Source: Octopus sinensis
Taxonomy: Eukaryota
Reading direction: 5' to 3'
Assembly: GCF_006345805.1 (NCBI RefSeq)
Contig: NC_042997.1
Span: 13,826,001 to 13,890,000, forward strand
DNA length: 64,000 nucleotides
Below are positions 12,014-25,045 of this stretch, piece after piece (the stretch's first letter is position 1; each line of letters begins with the position of its first letter). The notes under the pieces were generated by a model, which saw only the letters and a list, made by a program, of their open reading frames with translations, did no database searches and had not been told where the DNA came from. A program made the position numbers and the translations under genes.

Positions 12014-13229
12014 TATAAGGCAGAACAATTAGATCGTCGAGGGTTTGTGTTACTTCTGCCGGCTGTTTACGTTTTAAGCTCAAATCACGCCGAGGTCGGT
12101 AAAATACCGTTGTAAAGCCCTAGTATCGAAATATCCCTTCTCCTTAACACTGCTGTTCTTGTACCTATATTGTATATATTATTTTCTACTTACGTATTTC
12201 TTACTTCACTACTCTTTAGTTTTCTATTCGTTTTTATATAGCACTCATTGCCATTTTCAGTGAAGCAAACTACCTTATATATTTCTATTTCAAAACGAGA
12301 TGAAAGCAGTTGTGGTATGATTTATTTAGTTTTGTTATTCTCTGGATCTTCATGAATATGGAAACTATAAAATAATGGACGCGGTCAAATTAATTAATAT
12401 ATTGAATATTTTTATGTTCAGTTAAAAAAAATCACATATTTTCCTTTATTTAGTAAAAATGTCTTTGTTCCAGTTTCAAGCACATATCTTCATTTACGTC
12501 ACTGTTGCCCTTATTCTGTCTCACCCTTATTTTGAAACGAATTAATTCATTCACTGATATACTTGATTAACAATTAACAAGCAATTCGATGTTGCTATCC
12601 CTCTCATCTCATAAACTAGTGCTTCACTTTGATTAGTCACAGTCATTGTTTCCCGATAGGATGTAAAGTGTGATTTTGTAACGTTAATATGCCATCTCAG
12701 AACATATTTGCGTTAGGAATACGAATTTTATCAGTCATTCTATCAAAACAAGGAAATTTAACATGTTCATTGCAAGGATTCCTAATTAAAGAAATCTATT
12801 GTAATGTAACTAGCGGTATTGAGACAGGGACATGTCTCGGATTCAATCTCACTTCAAGGTACCTTGAGCAAGCGCCTTCTACAGTAAACTTGGGTGAAAA
12901 AATATTTTGAGAATGGAATTTGGTAGAAGGAAACTGTATAGAATTCCGTTCATATGTGTATGTGAGTTTGTTTATGTGTATGTGTATATATGTATGGGCG
13001 AACATGTTAGTGTGTGTGTCTCTGTATCTCATTTCTCGAGGTATAACGGTGAACAAGATAAATATCGGCAAAACACTGAAATCCAGTATATTTTTTCATT
13101 TTTTAGGGAAAGTCCTTCGAAATATTTTCTCTGCAACGAATTAGATTGTCCTTCTCATCGTTAGAAATGCGATGAACAATCAATTGAGTCACTGCAAACA
13201 TGTAGCCAACGATGTTATTAGTCATGAAC

Positions 13230-13415
13230 GGGGAGCGTGGGGTCCGTAGACCCGCCCCACTACATTTGTAAATTTGTTTAATGTAATTGTTTCATCATTC
13301 GAACTTTTATTTATCAGTCAATTTTTAAACAGACCCCAGAAACACATTTATGTATTAATCATTCGTGATTGTTTTGTCCCTTCTATGTAGCCCGTTAATG
13401 GGTAATAAAGAAATA
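13230..13415 (+). mobile_element. 186-bp retroposed insertion ending in the group C SINE 3' tail
   Basis: 16-bp TSD gttattagtcatgaac at 13214-13229 and 13416-13431; ends gtcccttctatgtagccc...gggtaataaagaaata like group C, but the 5' part is unrelated. Confidence 0.75.
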
Positions 13416-14834
13416 GTTATTAGTCATGAACAACCAAATGGAATAAATAAATTTACAAAGTAAAATAACTAAGCTCAGAATCTTTAAAGTTTGGATGGAA
13501 TGACTGGAAATTTAAAAGGACAATACCTTTTCCAACGTCATCACTTGAATAAAGTGAAGTAAAACGAGTTTTACGAAGAATCGAAACCGTGAATTGTTGC
13601 TTACTAGCAACTGATATCTATATTACAATACTTCCTGCTTACATGAATACTGGTTAATCAAAAGCATCATTTTTAGTCCTCTATTTATTCATTAGATCTG
13701 ACCACCACTTTTTCGAATTTACTAAAAGGAAATTGTCTATTTTTGTTAGAAAATCGCATAAATAATTGTTGAAACATCTTACAAGACATCACTCCTCGTA
13801 TGTATAAACCCGTATCATGCACAGCTAAAGTCCATTAATGAATATTTAATATCTTCTGTGACACCGTTCCGTATACATTGATAGGAGGTGGGTATATAGA
13901 ACTGTAAAAATTATCAGGAGACTGTTTTCCGTTTACATTAACGAACGTTGTAAGAAACTTGCTGCCAAAGATTTGACAAGATGACTGAAAAATTGATCGT
14001 TTTCCGTCTACCTTTATTCTCAAAATATTCAGTAACTTCTAAAGAGCTAAAGAAGTGTAAATATATTCTATGAAAATAGGAAACTTTTAGTGTTATTTGT
14101 GTTAGAAACATGTGAAACTACATTGCTTGTCAATTATATATTAATCTCGGTATTTAACAAGGTGTGGGGCAGAGGAGAATTACATCCTGGATTCTCATGA
14201 AAAAACTATGTTGGAAAAGAGAAAGAAACCAATTGTCTTCGATCTGGTTACTCAATGTTCTAGAAATAACGTCCAAATCTCCCTCAAAATGTTTTGTTTC
14301 AAAAAAGAAAATAGTATAATACACTCATGATTGCACTACGATTAGAACTACAGACTGGAAGGGGTAAACTGTAATTTCTTTGATTTGGACAACCGGGGGT
14401 TAAACTTAAGCCCCTTATACATACTGTTATTGTTATGATTAAAGAATCGATATGTTCTCTTTATGACAGGATTAGAAATACACTAAGTAATATTCTTCTT
14501 ATGCCGTTCTAGTCACCAATATCATCTCCATAGTTTGATTTTATCTTGTTTTATTCTCAATAAATAGATATTTAAACACTGATTTTTGAATTTTAAGCAT
14601 TTGAGGAATCAGAAATAGGATATTAGCAACATAATTAAGTTAAAACAACTTCCACCTGAAACTGAAAATGCCTCATTAATTCGGATCAACGTTAACTTAA
14701 GACACAGACAGTTATATTTTCACCAAACACAAACAATTAGAGTATATTAATATTCAACTGGTATTCAAACCGTGGCAACTGCATATTATGTTCAAGACTT
14801 TTTAAGCCGGAGAATTTGAGAGAATATTGATTTC

Positions 14835-15037
14835 AAATTTTGGTACAAGGTCAGGATTTGTAGGAGAGGGTGTAAGTCGATCAGACTGACCACAGTACTC
14901 CACTGTTACTTCTTTTATTGGTCCCGAAAGGATGAAAGGCAAAGTCTACCTTGGCGTAATTTGAACTCACAACGCAGTCAGACGAAATGTTGCTAAGCAT
15001 TTTACCTGGCGTGAAAGATTCACCTAGCTCACCGCCT
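14835..15037 (-). mobile_element. Diverged group C-related SINE
   Basis: cccgaaaggatgaaaggcaaagtc...tttgaactca core and a degenerate gctcaccgcc head. Confidence 0.75.
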
Positions 15038-16650
15038 AAATTTGAGGAGAATATTAGCTGCTGTTTTTTTTTTTTTCGGATTGATTTGACAATGCACAAA
15101 GGAAAATAAGAATTTGTGATATTCAACTTTTCTCAAAGTCCATTAGCGATGTTAAAAAATTTGAAATCGTTTTCACAGGAAATCGAAACCTCGACGCCGA
15201 CTCTGCCAGAAGCGAGCTGCTTTCTAGTTCGACAATACTCGTTTGAGTTCCTTTCTTTTTTAATTATTCACCAAACATAGAATATTAGCAGCGACCAATT
15301 TTGTTGTTACTTTTCTATTTTCATCTTTTAAATATTTTCATTTATTTTGTCTTTCTTAATTTCATTATCCATAGAAGTTTCCAATATTTGATAATCTAAT
15401 TAAATATAAATCATTATAAGAGGTGTAATTGCCAGTATGTTGATAAATTATCAATCCAGGTGAAAGATTTACAGTTGTGATTTATTTTTTCTCGTTTCTT
15501 TTTGTTCTTTTCTGTTTTTCATTTTAATCAAATAGGAAAAACCCCACCTGGTGAGTACAGCGTTTTGGAAACTTTTTTCCAACGCTTTATTTTCATTTTT
15601 TTTTTTCGTATTATTTTATTTTATAACTTTTTTAATTTGTTTAATCCTAAAGAGGGGGAAGATTTTTTACGCGGTAGCAGATTGTTTTTCTTTTTTCATT
15701 CATTAATTCATCAAGTTAAAGAACTATAATATTACGAACGAAAAGACTGCCATCTAATTACTGTGGGAACAGTTTTTCGCCTATAATTAATCCATGAAAA
15801 TAATTAATGTTTATACAGGTGCTCAAGTAAAACTGTGGAAATCAATCTCATTTGACAAACGGCCATCCAATTTAGAAGATTTTTCACTCTTTGATTTTTG
15901 GAAGGTGCGTGTGTGTATGTATGTGTAAGTCTGTGTCACTCCCATGTGCTTGTATGCATTTGTTAGCCACTAATTGTTTCGTTTCTGTGTAGTTTGGCAG
16001 TTATTTATTTAATTTTGTTTTCAACTTTAACAAATTCAAGAAATTGGTATAATTGGCTCAAAGGGTAGAGTGGTTTAGTTTATAATAGAATATATGATAG
16101 AATACTTGGATTTAGGTGACACATAACAAGGTTCAAATAGCTCTGGGTTTAACTGAATTCCCAGTCCAGTATGTTGAGATATGAATGATTGAATTTATAT
16201 TGGAATTCAATAAAAGGAATTATGCAATTATTAGATATGGCTGCCTGGTTGTACAAGATGTGAAAATAGAAGAATACATAATTATTTAGCAGTATTTAGT
16301 TTTGCTTTTCGTGTTAAAATCCTATTAGGTCAACTTCTCTTTCTTCTGCAAGTCACTCTATAGTAGCAGTCTTATGCTGTTATAAATCCATTCTACTATA
16401 CGCTTCCTCCCAAGGCCTCGAGCTCGCAGAATGTTTAGAAAACTGGACAAAATATTTCGGAGCATTTCTCCGACTGTATGTACTCAGTATAAAAATCCAG
16501 CGAGTAGCCGTTGCTTTCTATCTTTCGAAGTCGATAAAATATGTCCAGTTGAACGCTAGGATCAATGTAATCGACAAGAACCTCCCACACATACACCTAA
16601 AGTGCAGCACTGATTGCATTATATATATATGTGTGTGTGTGTGTGTGCGT

Positions 16651-16903
16651 GTGGAGGCGAAATAGCCCAGTGGTTAGGGCAGCAGACTCGCGGTCGGAGG
16701 ATCGCGGTTTCGATTCCAAGACCAGGCGTTGCGTGTGTTTATTGAGCGAAAACACCTAAAGCTCCTCGAGGCTCCGACAGGGGGGTGGAAACCCCTGTCG
16801 TACTCTTTCGCCCCAACGTTCTCTCAATCTTTCTTCCTATTTCTTGAGTAACGCTGCGATGGACTGGCGTCCCGTCCAGCTGGAGGGAACTCATACGCCA
16901 TAG
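16651..16903 (+). mobile_element. SINE group A variant (H1 + T2)
   Basis: Head matches 10716; 3' part matches the 11781 element. Confidence 0.8.
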
Positions 16904-17220
16904 AGTCACCTTAATCAGTGTTCTGCCTCAGGATGACGAGAATACACTAACATAAGAAGATTAGCTTCTTGTCTATTCAAAAAGCATGATTTGAAGTAAA
17001 ACGCAGTCACGGGACATCTCTATTTGGTATCGCATGTAACTGCTTTACGCTGAAATTCGTGTGCTCCAAGTTTAATAATCTCTGTACTTCGTATATGTAT
17101 TTAAAACCGTTATGTCTGTTGTATCATATTTCATAAAACCTATACCACTGTATACTAAAATATTCACTGTGTCATCCACGCTTAGTTAAGGACCACTTTT
17201 CATGTGAATTCATTTCTTAC

Positions 17221-17392
17221 GAAGAGAGTAGACTCTTTTATGAATATTGTATCGTTCATCACGACGAAGAACAGTCACTTCTTTATTTTCTATTTCAAAT
17301 GAAGCTGACATCAAAAGGGGAAAATGTTGGCTTAGTGATGTCATGACTTCCAAGAAGAGATCCCATAATTTTATTTGATTGCGTCTATGAAC
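17221..17392 (-). CDS. Candidate exon (E2) of the minus-strand gene model
   Basis: Acceptor gtacagtttacag, donor C|gtaaga; 172 nt with only phase 0 fully open: VHRRNQIKLWDLFLEVMTSLSQHFPLLMSASFEIENKEVTVLRRDERYNIHKRVYSL; phase 1 out matches E3. Confidence 0.45.
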
Positions 17393-17870
17393 CTGTAAAC
17401 TGTACACTTTTTGTTTACATACCATCCTCAACATTTTTTTTTAGACAAAATGAATTGAAAAATAAATCTATAAATAATTAATACGTTTCATTTAGTGCAC
17501 TAGTCAGATGCATCTGATCATTTTATTTCAAGTCAAACAGGATTTGTATCTGGCTCAAAATACTAATATAATGAAACCGATTACAATGCATTAAAAAACT
17601 ATATATTGAGGGTATCTGAAGGTCGCGCCTCTCTACACCAGAATAGCTATGTATACGGGTTGCGCAGAAAAAGTTGTTCGAAGAAACATTAAGCCTAGCA
17701 TAAAACAACCATAATAACAGTACTCTCCCGATCCGAGGAAGACGTTCAGCAATAACTTGATGACGAACCTATTCAGCAGATTTGATTTATATTGATCAAC
17801 TAATTGTACTGTACATACGCTAACTCCCTAAGTCTAAGCAACATTTCCTGTGCAAGTGCAGGATATTTAA

Positions 17871-18192
17871 AGACTCCGCCGGTTACGACGACGAGGGTCC
17901 CAGCTGATACGATCAACGGAACAGCTTGCTCGTGAAATTAACGTGCAAATGGCTGAGCATTCCACAGACACGTGTACCCTTAACGTAGTTCTCGGGGATA
18001 ATCAGCGTGACACAGAGAGTGACAAGGCTGACCCTTTGAAATACAAGTACAACTCATTTTTGCCAGCTGAGTGGACTGGAGCAACGTGAAATAGAGTGTC
18101 TTGCGCAAGGACACAACGCGTCGCCGGGAATCGAACTCACAACCTTACGATCATGAGCCGAATGCCCTAACCACTAAGCCACGCGCCCTCAC
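17871..18192 (-). mobile_element. SINE group A variant (H2+T1)
   Basis: 13-bp TSD aagtgcaggatat at 17854-17866 and 18194-18206. Confidence 0.88.
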
Positions 18193-18665
18193 TAAGTGCA
18201 GGATATACCACTCGTCAGATGTCAAAGTGATCGCAGAGTAAAAATAAATGAATCGTTTTGCTCAAGAACGCAACGCACCACCATGTCCAGGAATCCCGAT
18301 CTCGCGATCGTGATTGTAAGATCCTTAACCACTAGACCACGCATCCGCACACGGCTGCCATATCAATATAAATATGTCTGCTATGCGTGATCTTAATTTC
18401 GGCTGAGTTATAATTTCCGCTATTTTATAAAGTTTTGTGGAAATTGCATGAGAGAAGTCAAAAATAGAAACAAAAATTAAAGATATTTAATATACACGCA
18501 TACATAAAGACATATACGTGTGTCGTGTCCGACGTTTGTGTATGTGTATCTATATATATAATGTGGGAGTGTATGTGTATGTACGTATGCATATGTGAAT
18601 ATATATATATATATATTTATATATATATGTATGTATGCGTGTATATGTGTATATCAATGTATATG

Positions 18666-18712
<47 letters not shown>

Positions 18713-19204
18713 TTGTGTGTGTGTGTGCGTGTATGAATATATATGAATATAAATGTATATATATATGCGTATGTATATATGTATGTGTGTACAGATCTAA
18801 ATATATTTGTACGTATGATGTAAATAGATAGATTTCGAAATTCTATACGTTGACAAGATATTTGATCTGAGATTATATTTCAAATCTAAAGCAATTACAG
18901 TGTATAAAATAAATATTAAGCGTTGATAAGCACACAAAAACTTTAAAGTTCTCTTTATCATTTATTGTTTCATGTTAAAATTTTATTTCGTACTTTTAGT
19001 AAGATATTCAGTGACTAAGTCCCATTGTAATTGAATTGAGACAAGGCTGTTGGTTAGTGTATATGTATAGGCCTCATGCATTTAAATACATTGCCTCCCA
19101 TCTACGTAGGTTAGTCAGTTTATTTGTCACACCTGGTATTCATTGTAGTTCAGTTCACTCGTTTTGTTTTGCATTGTATTTTAGTTATAATTACACGGTT
19201 GTGT

Positions 19205-19207
<3 letters not shown>

Positions 19208-19302
<95 letters not shown>

Positions 19303-19305
19303 CCT
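19208..19305. repeat. (CT)n microsatellite
   Basis: Direct inspection. Confidence 0.95.
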
Positions 19306-19583
19306 TTCTTCTTTCATGAGGGACACCTATTGCATAGTACAGTCTAGCTGAATCAGAAGTAATGACTCCAAGCAAAAGAATCCATTAGTCCATGAACATA
19401 GAAGAAATGGAGTAAACAAGTTCATACAAATTATATGAGGATTCATACTAGTATCAGCGACAATAAAAAAACTAATATCATTATAATTACTAATACTAAC
19501 AGTTGCTATAAAAATGGTATGCTGGCAACAGTAGTAACTAGTGTATTAAATACTTTTTAACAGATCCTAATAAAAGCGGGAAA

Positions 19584-19978
19584 TCTTTATATATAAAAGT
19601 AAGGTTGTGTGCTGTCTGTCTCCTACGATTCAGATTCCTAACTACTCCCACATTTTGCGGTGCAGTTTCACCAAAACCAGGTATCTTATAGTCGTGATTC
19701 ATATCGAGCCCTTCTGGGTATTAGCGTGCGTCTACGATGAGTCTACGATTTTAAAAAGAATTTACCATCACTTTTTCCCATTTTTAATGCATTTTTGGCG
19801 TATATAAGGGAAGTAACTCTCTAAAAATTTATTAAATCTCAGAACGTAAAAAGCTACAGTAACACCCCCCACCTTTGTGGTTAGCCATATTGAGATGGCT
19901 ATTATACTTTACATCTCTAAAAATGCTTATATAGTTATTTCCCTTACAAACCCGAGCAACGCCGGGCGATACTGTCAG
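19584..19978 (+). mobile_element. Non-autonomous Helitron
   Basis: A|TCTTTATATATAAAA 5' end; 3' hairpin cccgagcaacgccggg followed by a degenerate terminus (gtcag|t); homologous to 51829-52228. Confidence 0.8.
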
Positions 19979-20302
19979 TGCTTAATAAGATAAAGGTACT
20001 AATAATGATAATGCAACATTCTAATTTTGGTACAAGTTGTGCAATTTTGAGCGGCGGGGTTACGTGCATTACATCGATGTCAGTGTTTGACTAATAGCAT
20101 ATTTTGTAGACACCTAAAGCTTGAAAAGAAAAGTTGACCACGGTGAGACTTGAACTGACAACGTAACAATCCGTAAAAATATTGCTATATTTTTTTAATC
20201 AACCTATTAATGATTCTGCCAATTATACAAATGCCGCCCATTAATACAACCAGATAGAAATGCATTTATACAAAGATACAATTTTATATATGCACTCTTT
20301 GC

Positions 20303-20338
<36 letters not shown>

Positions 20339-21116
20339 ATATATTATATATATATATATGTGTGTGTGTAGTAAGAAAAAAAGAAGAGGAAAATTTCAAT
20401 TATCCCTACGTAGTGAGTTGTAACGCAAAATATATATTGAAAATATTTTAAAATACATGTATATAATGTGTGTATACTTATGTGAGTATATGTATATATG
20501 TGTGTGCATGAATGTAGTTTATATTGTATTTTACCTGTACTAGGCCATGCATTTGCTTAAACGTATACATACTTAAGTATATACAGCATACACATATAGA
20601 AAACTGCACACACATACACGCATGTGCATACACACAGACAGACTTACACACATACAGAGTATTTTCTGCGTGATTATATAGGCCTTATTATTTTCTTTTA
20701 GAAAACTGTCATAAAAAGGAGAAATTTCTTCTGCTAGGTTTCGAAACGAATGTGTATGTTTATAATAATAACACTTAAATGTTTTGACTGCTGGGTTAGA
20801 AGAGTAGGAATGGATGGTATCAGAATAAATGTATTCTTTGGTCAAGTACTCTATGCCAAAAGAGCGTACATTTATGTTTGTGCAGTTACACTTTGCTTAA
20901 CAAATAATGTATGTATAAAGTTATTGCTTGTTGGTCTGCTAGTAAATCTTTGTGTACACTAAATGATGTGCTGAACCAGATTACTCTCCTTTTTGCGTGT
21001 CTTTTAATGTTCGGTGTTACTGTTTTTCAGGGATGTATTTAAGTTCATATTTGAGCGAACCTCTGACATGTTCATCATTGTACTTGTAATCAGTATTATC
21101 TCAAGTAATCCAGGTG

Positions 21117-21158
<42 letters not shown>

Positions 21159-21522
21159 ATATATATAATTGAGTAGTTGAATGAATTATCTTATTATGGA
21201 TAATTCGGTTAACCGATACCTGGGTAGCAAATTCACGTCAGAAAAACACGGTTGAAGCTACATGCCTAGGGCAGAGATCACGTGCTATCGTGTGGAAATT
21301 TGTGTGTTTTTTTTTAAATACATAGCGATGGGCTCCGTGTGGGCAGTCATCTAAAAGTTTTTGTGCATCTTGATGCTGACATAAGTTCCTTGCTTTTCCT
21401 GATGAGAAAGCGGCATAATATACTCCTTATTCCTTCGAAATTAGGAATATGCAGCCTTCGAAACATATGTCGAAAATAAAATAAAGGAATTTTGTTAATT
21501 CGTCGTTCAACTCCATTCTTTC

Positions 21523-21562
<40 letters not shown>

Positions 21563-22937
21563 TATATATATATGGATGGATGGATGTATATAGATAGTTT
21601 TCGAAACTAACGATTATAGGTTCCATACTTGAACCTTGATGGTGGAAATTAATTTTGGTGGCGCATCCGTTGTAAATTTACCTTCTAGTATTAAATATAA
21701 TAAAATCATGGGATATTATGTTATATGGCGAATTAAATTGCATTGCATATGTTATAAGCTTTGTGTTATGGTATGTGGTCTGCTATATATGATATTATCC
21801 CATGATAACCCTCTGCCTACTTAGTTAGTCTGACTTCATCCTATTTTGGTGATTACACTATTTTCCTTTATATTATGTTCTACCCTACTGATCATATTAT
21901 GTATATTTGTAGTGATTCTATGCAAGTAAGTCACCTTTCGACTAAATCATATATCCCCAAGAATCTATAAAATTATACATACAATAGCACCTGTAACATT
22001 TACAACTTATAAAATCTCTTCAGTCTGAATACCTTTAATTGCCCTTACTACTTCACTACTCACTACACCTATTAACCCCTCTTTTCGGGTTACCTTTATC
22101 TCTTCCCTTCTTCTAATTTTAATCCCGTCTCTTTATATGCAAGTTATATGTATTCTTATTTTATTATTTTGATATCTTTATTGACCTCTTATCCCTTATA
22201 AATTTTCCTTGTTCTTATAAAAGATATTTTTCAGTTACTTAAGTCTATGTGAGAGGGTTATACTATATGCATATAAACGTATAAATATTTGTGTATGTGT
22301 ATATATTCCTATATTCACATATATAGTTGTGTGTATCTGTATGCATCTTCACTTTTTACTGATTCATGGCTTAAAATTGATAGCATGTACAATAAGTAAA
22401 TGCCCCGAGCAGTCTTTATAGAAACCACTTAATAAGTAATTAATTAAGAACACGAATGAATACTAAACTGATTCTATGTAATATTTTCTTTTTAATGTTT
22501 ATAATTCATACATACACACTTTTTACCAATTTTGGTTATATAACCATTTCTGAAATTCTTAAATTTTATTTTCATACAACATAACAATATTGTTTACAAA
22601 ACAACCATCCATAGTGCCCCTAAATAAAATTTCCTCTGTATTAACATCTTAGGTTTCTTAGTGTTTTGCCCCTTTAACTGGTAATTACCATCATGATTTA
22701 AAGTGTACCCCTACCCTGCCTCTTTTTATTGACAGTTACTTATATCCAACTGACTACTCCTAATGTCTTATTTCTTTCCTGAGGGAAAGGGATACATATG
22801 TTAATATTTATGACCATACCTACCCATGAGCTGTCAACTCACTTTTGTCCTTTCTTCAAAATAAAACAGTCTGCTAGTCTTACATTTAGCAGTTGATAAA
22901 GAGATAAATGAATTAAAAATGAATTACAATCCCTTAC

Positions 22938-22964
22938 AGCACTATGACCCCCACCAGACTCCAT
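22938..22964 (-). CDS. Candidate start-codon exon (E1; exon 23034-22938) of the minus-strand gene model
   Basis: Acceptor tttttctcaaatattttaacag, donor GCT|gtaagg; ATG at 22964 gives MESGGGHSA, phase 0 out matching E2. Confidence 0.3.
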
Positions 22965-23318
22965 GCAATTCTTGGAAGTATAGTCTACTCTTAGCTACAA
23001 TAGTGACAACATGGATTTCTTCCATCTTCTTGCTCTGTTAAAATATTTGAGAAAAATTATATTAATGTGTCCTCCTTGTTAAAATTGTATTTATTTATTT
23101 GAGCAGCTGAAGATGGCACTACATTTAAATTGATGCAATGATTGCATTGTTGAATTAAATGGAGCAGCTTAAAACGTTCGTACTGCATGACCACTTCATA
23201 TCCTGCTGCTTATTTTGATTTTACTCACTTTACTTCAAGCTGTACGGATAATACCGGACTGACTTGGTGCTTCAACTTAAGTACCTAATTCAACTGAATC
23301 TCACTTATTTCTCTTATA

Positions 23319-23393
<75 letters not shown>

Positions 23394-23869
23394 CGACGAG
23401 ATAATTTTGCCTGTTTTTATGGTGAAATAACTGTTTATAAGACTGCAAAAAAGAAGTGCTCAAATGTAATTAAGACAGATATAAAAAAAAAACATTGATC
23501 AGAGAACATTAAATTCGAGTCAACATATATGTTGAAAGGCCATGGTAATATTTAAATATGATGAAATGTTTGGAGGCGTGGTGTTTCGTATAAAGTCGTT
23601 GACACGAGTTTGATAATTGTTCTCTGATCAATGTTATATACTACGGAGATCTACTTGCAGAGCAAGTGATTGATCTGAGATCATGTACTGAAACAAAAAC
23701 AATTGCAGCATGGAAGGTGTTCATAAGCCATTTAAAAATACACAAATATGGCTTATAAACACCTTCCACGCTGCAATTGCTATATATATATATATATATA
23801 TATATATTTCGTTTTTGGATTTGCTTTGCAAATTATAAGGCACAAAAAGAAAATTACTCTCCCCCCCCA

Positions 23870-23910
<41 letters not shown>

Positions 23911-23911
<1 letters not shown>

Positions 23912-24120
23912 GACTGTGTGTGAGTCTTTGTGTCCGTTTGTCCCCCACCATCGCTTGAAAACCAATATTGGTGAGTTTACATCCCTGTAATAGTGGTTCA
24001 GCAATAGACACCGATAGAATAATGTTAAGAAATAAGTAGAGTCGATTCGTTTCGACTAAAATTCTTAAAGCTGGCGTCATAGCATGGCCGCAGTCTGGTG
24101 ACTTAAATAAGTAAAGAATA
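23911..24120 (+). mobile_element. Group B SINE, 3' half
   Basis: Matches the 3' half of 40679-41075 (cgcttgaaaacc...gatagaata...agcatggccgcagtc). Confidence 0.8.
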
Positions 24121-24753
24121 TTAGGCATGGCATGATACGTTGGTGCATGAATCATATTTACCCGTATTGTTTTAGATAGAAAATTCAACAAATTCACCAA
24201 CTAAATCTGACTCGGATAAGATCTAACTACTCACTTACATAAGCAGATCTGTACGTGACATATAAAATACCTTCTACGGGAGAAAAAATCTTTTACCAAT
24301 AAATCTATATCTCTTAACTACCTAATAAATCGTCGTAAATGAAATCTAATCAACATATAATTGCATCGTATGTATATGATTTCCAGGTTTTATAAACAAC
24401 TTGAGAGCTCAATCTAATTCAGAGGGCATAAACGTTTATATGTATTGTTTATATCTTTTTTAAGACATAATAAGTCCAACCATAAACGTTGTTTCGACCA
24501 ATGAGCCACTTTAGAGAAGGGTAGTGTTCAAGGGCTTATATAGAGAGGTAAGTAATCAGACAGACAAACAGCAATGGGAGGTAATGGTGATGACAAAAGG
24601 AGTGCTGGTATTGGTGTGCTAAAGGGGATATGAAAACGACCATGATCATGATGATGGCGACGGTAATGATGATGATGATGATGAAGATGATAATTGAGGT
24701 GGGGGTGAATATAACTATGGCAGTAGTGAGAAGGAATATTATCATAGTATATA

Positions 24754-24825
<72 letters not shown>

Positions 24826-24965
24826 GGAGAGAGAGGGAGAGAGAGAGATAGACCCACCAACATATTTTCGTGCTACTAACCATGTGTGTTTGGCGTTTTT
24901 CCCCAAATACAGCCTTAAGAAATAACTATAATTCCAGTCTACGAATTATTGACTTGATGCTTTCC

Positions 24966-25045
<80 letters not shown>

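Noticed and set aside
12689-12910. 73-aa plus ORF
   Set aside because: No recognisable domain or splice context; the length is within chance.
24480-24520. Minus-strand hammerhead-like string CUAAAGU-GGC..GUC-GAAA-CAACGUU
   Set aside because: The core has two changes and helix I does not pair; too decayed to call.
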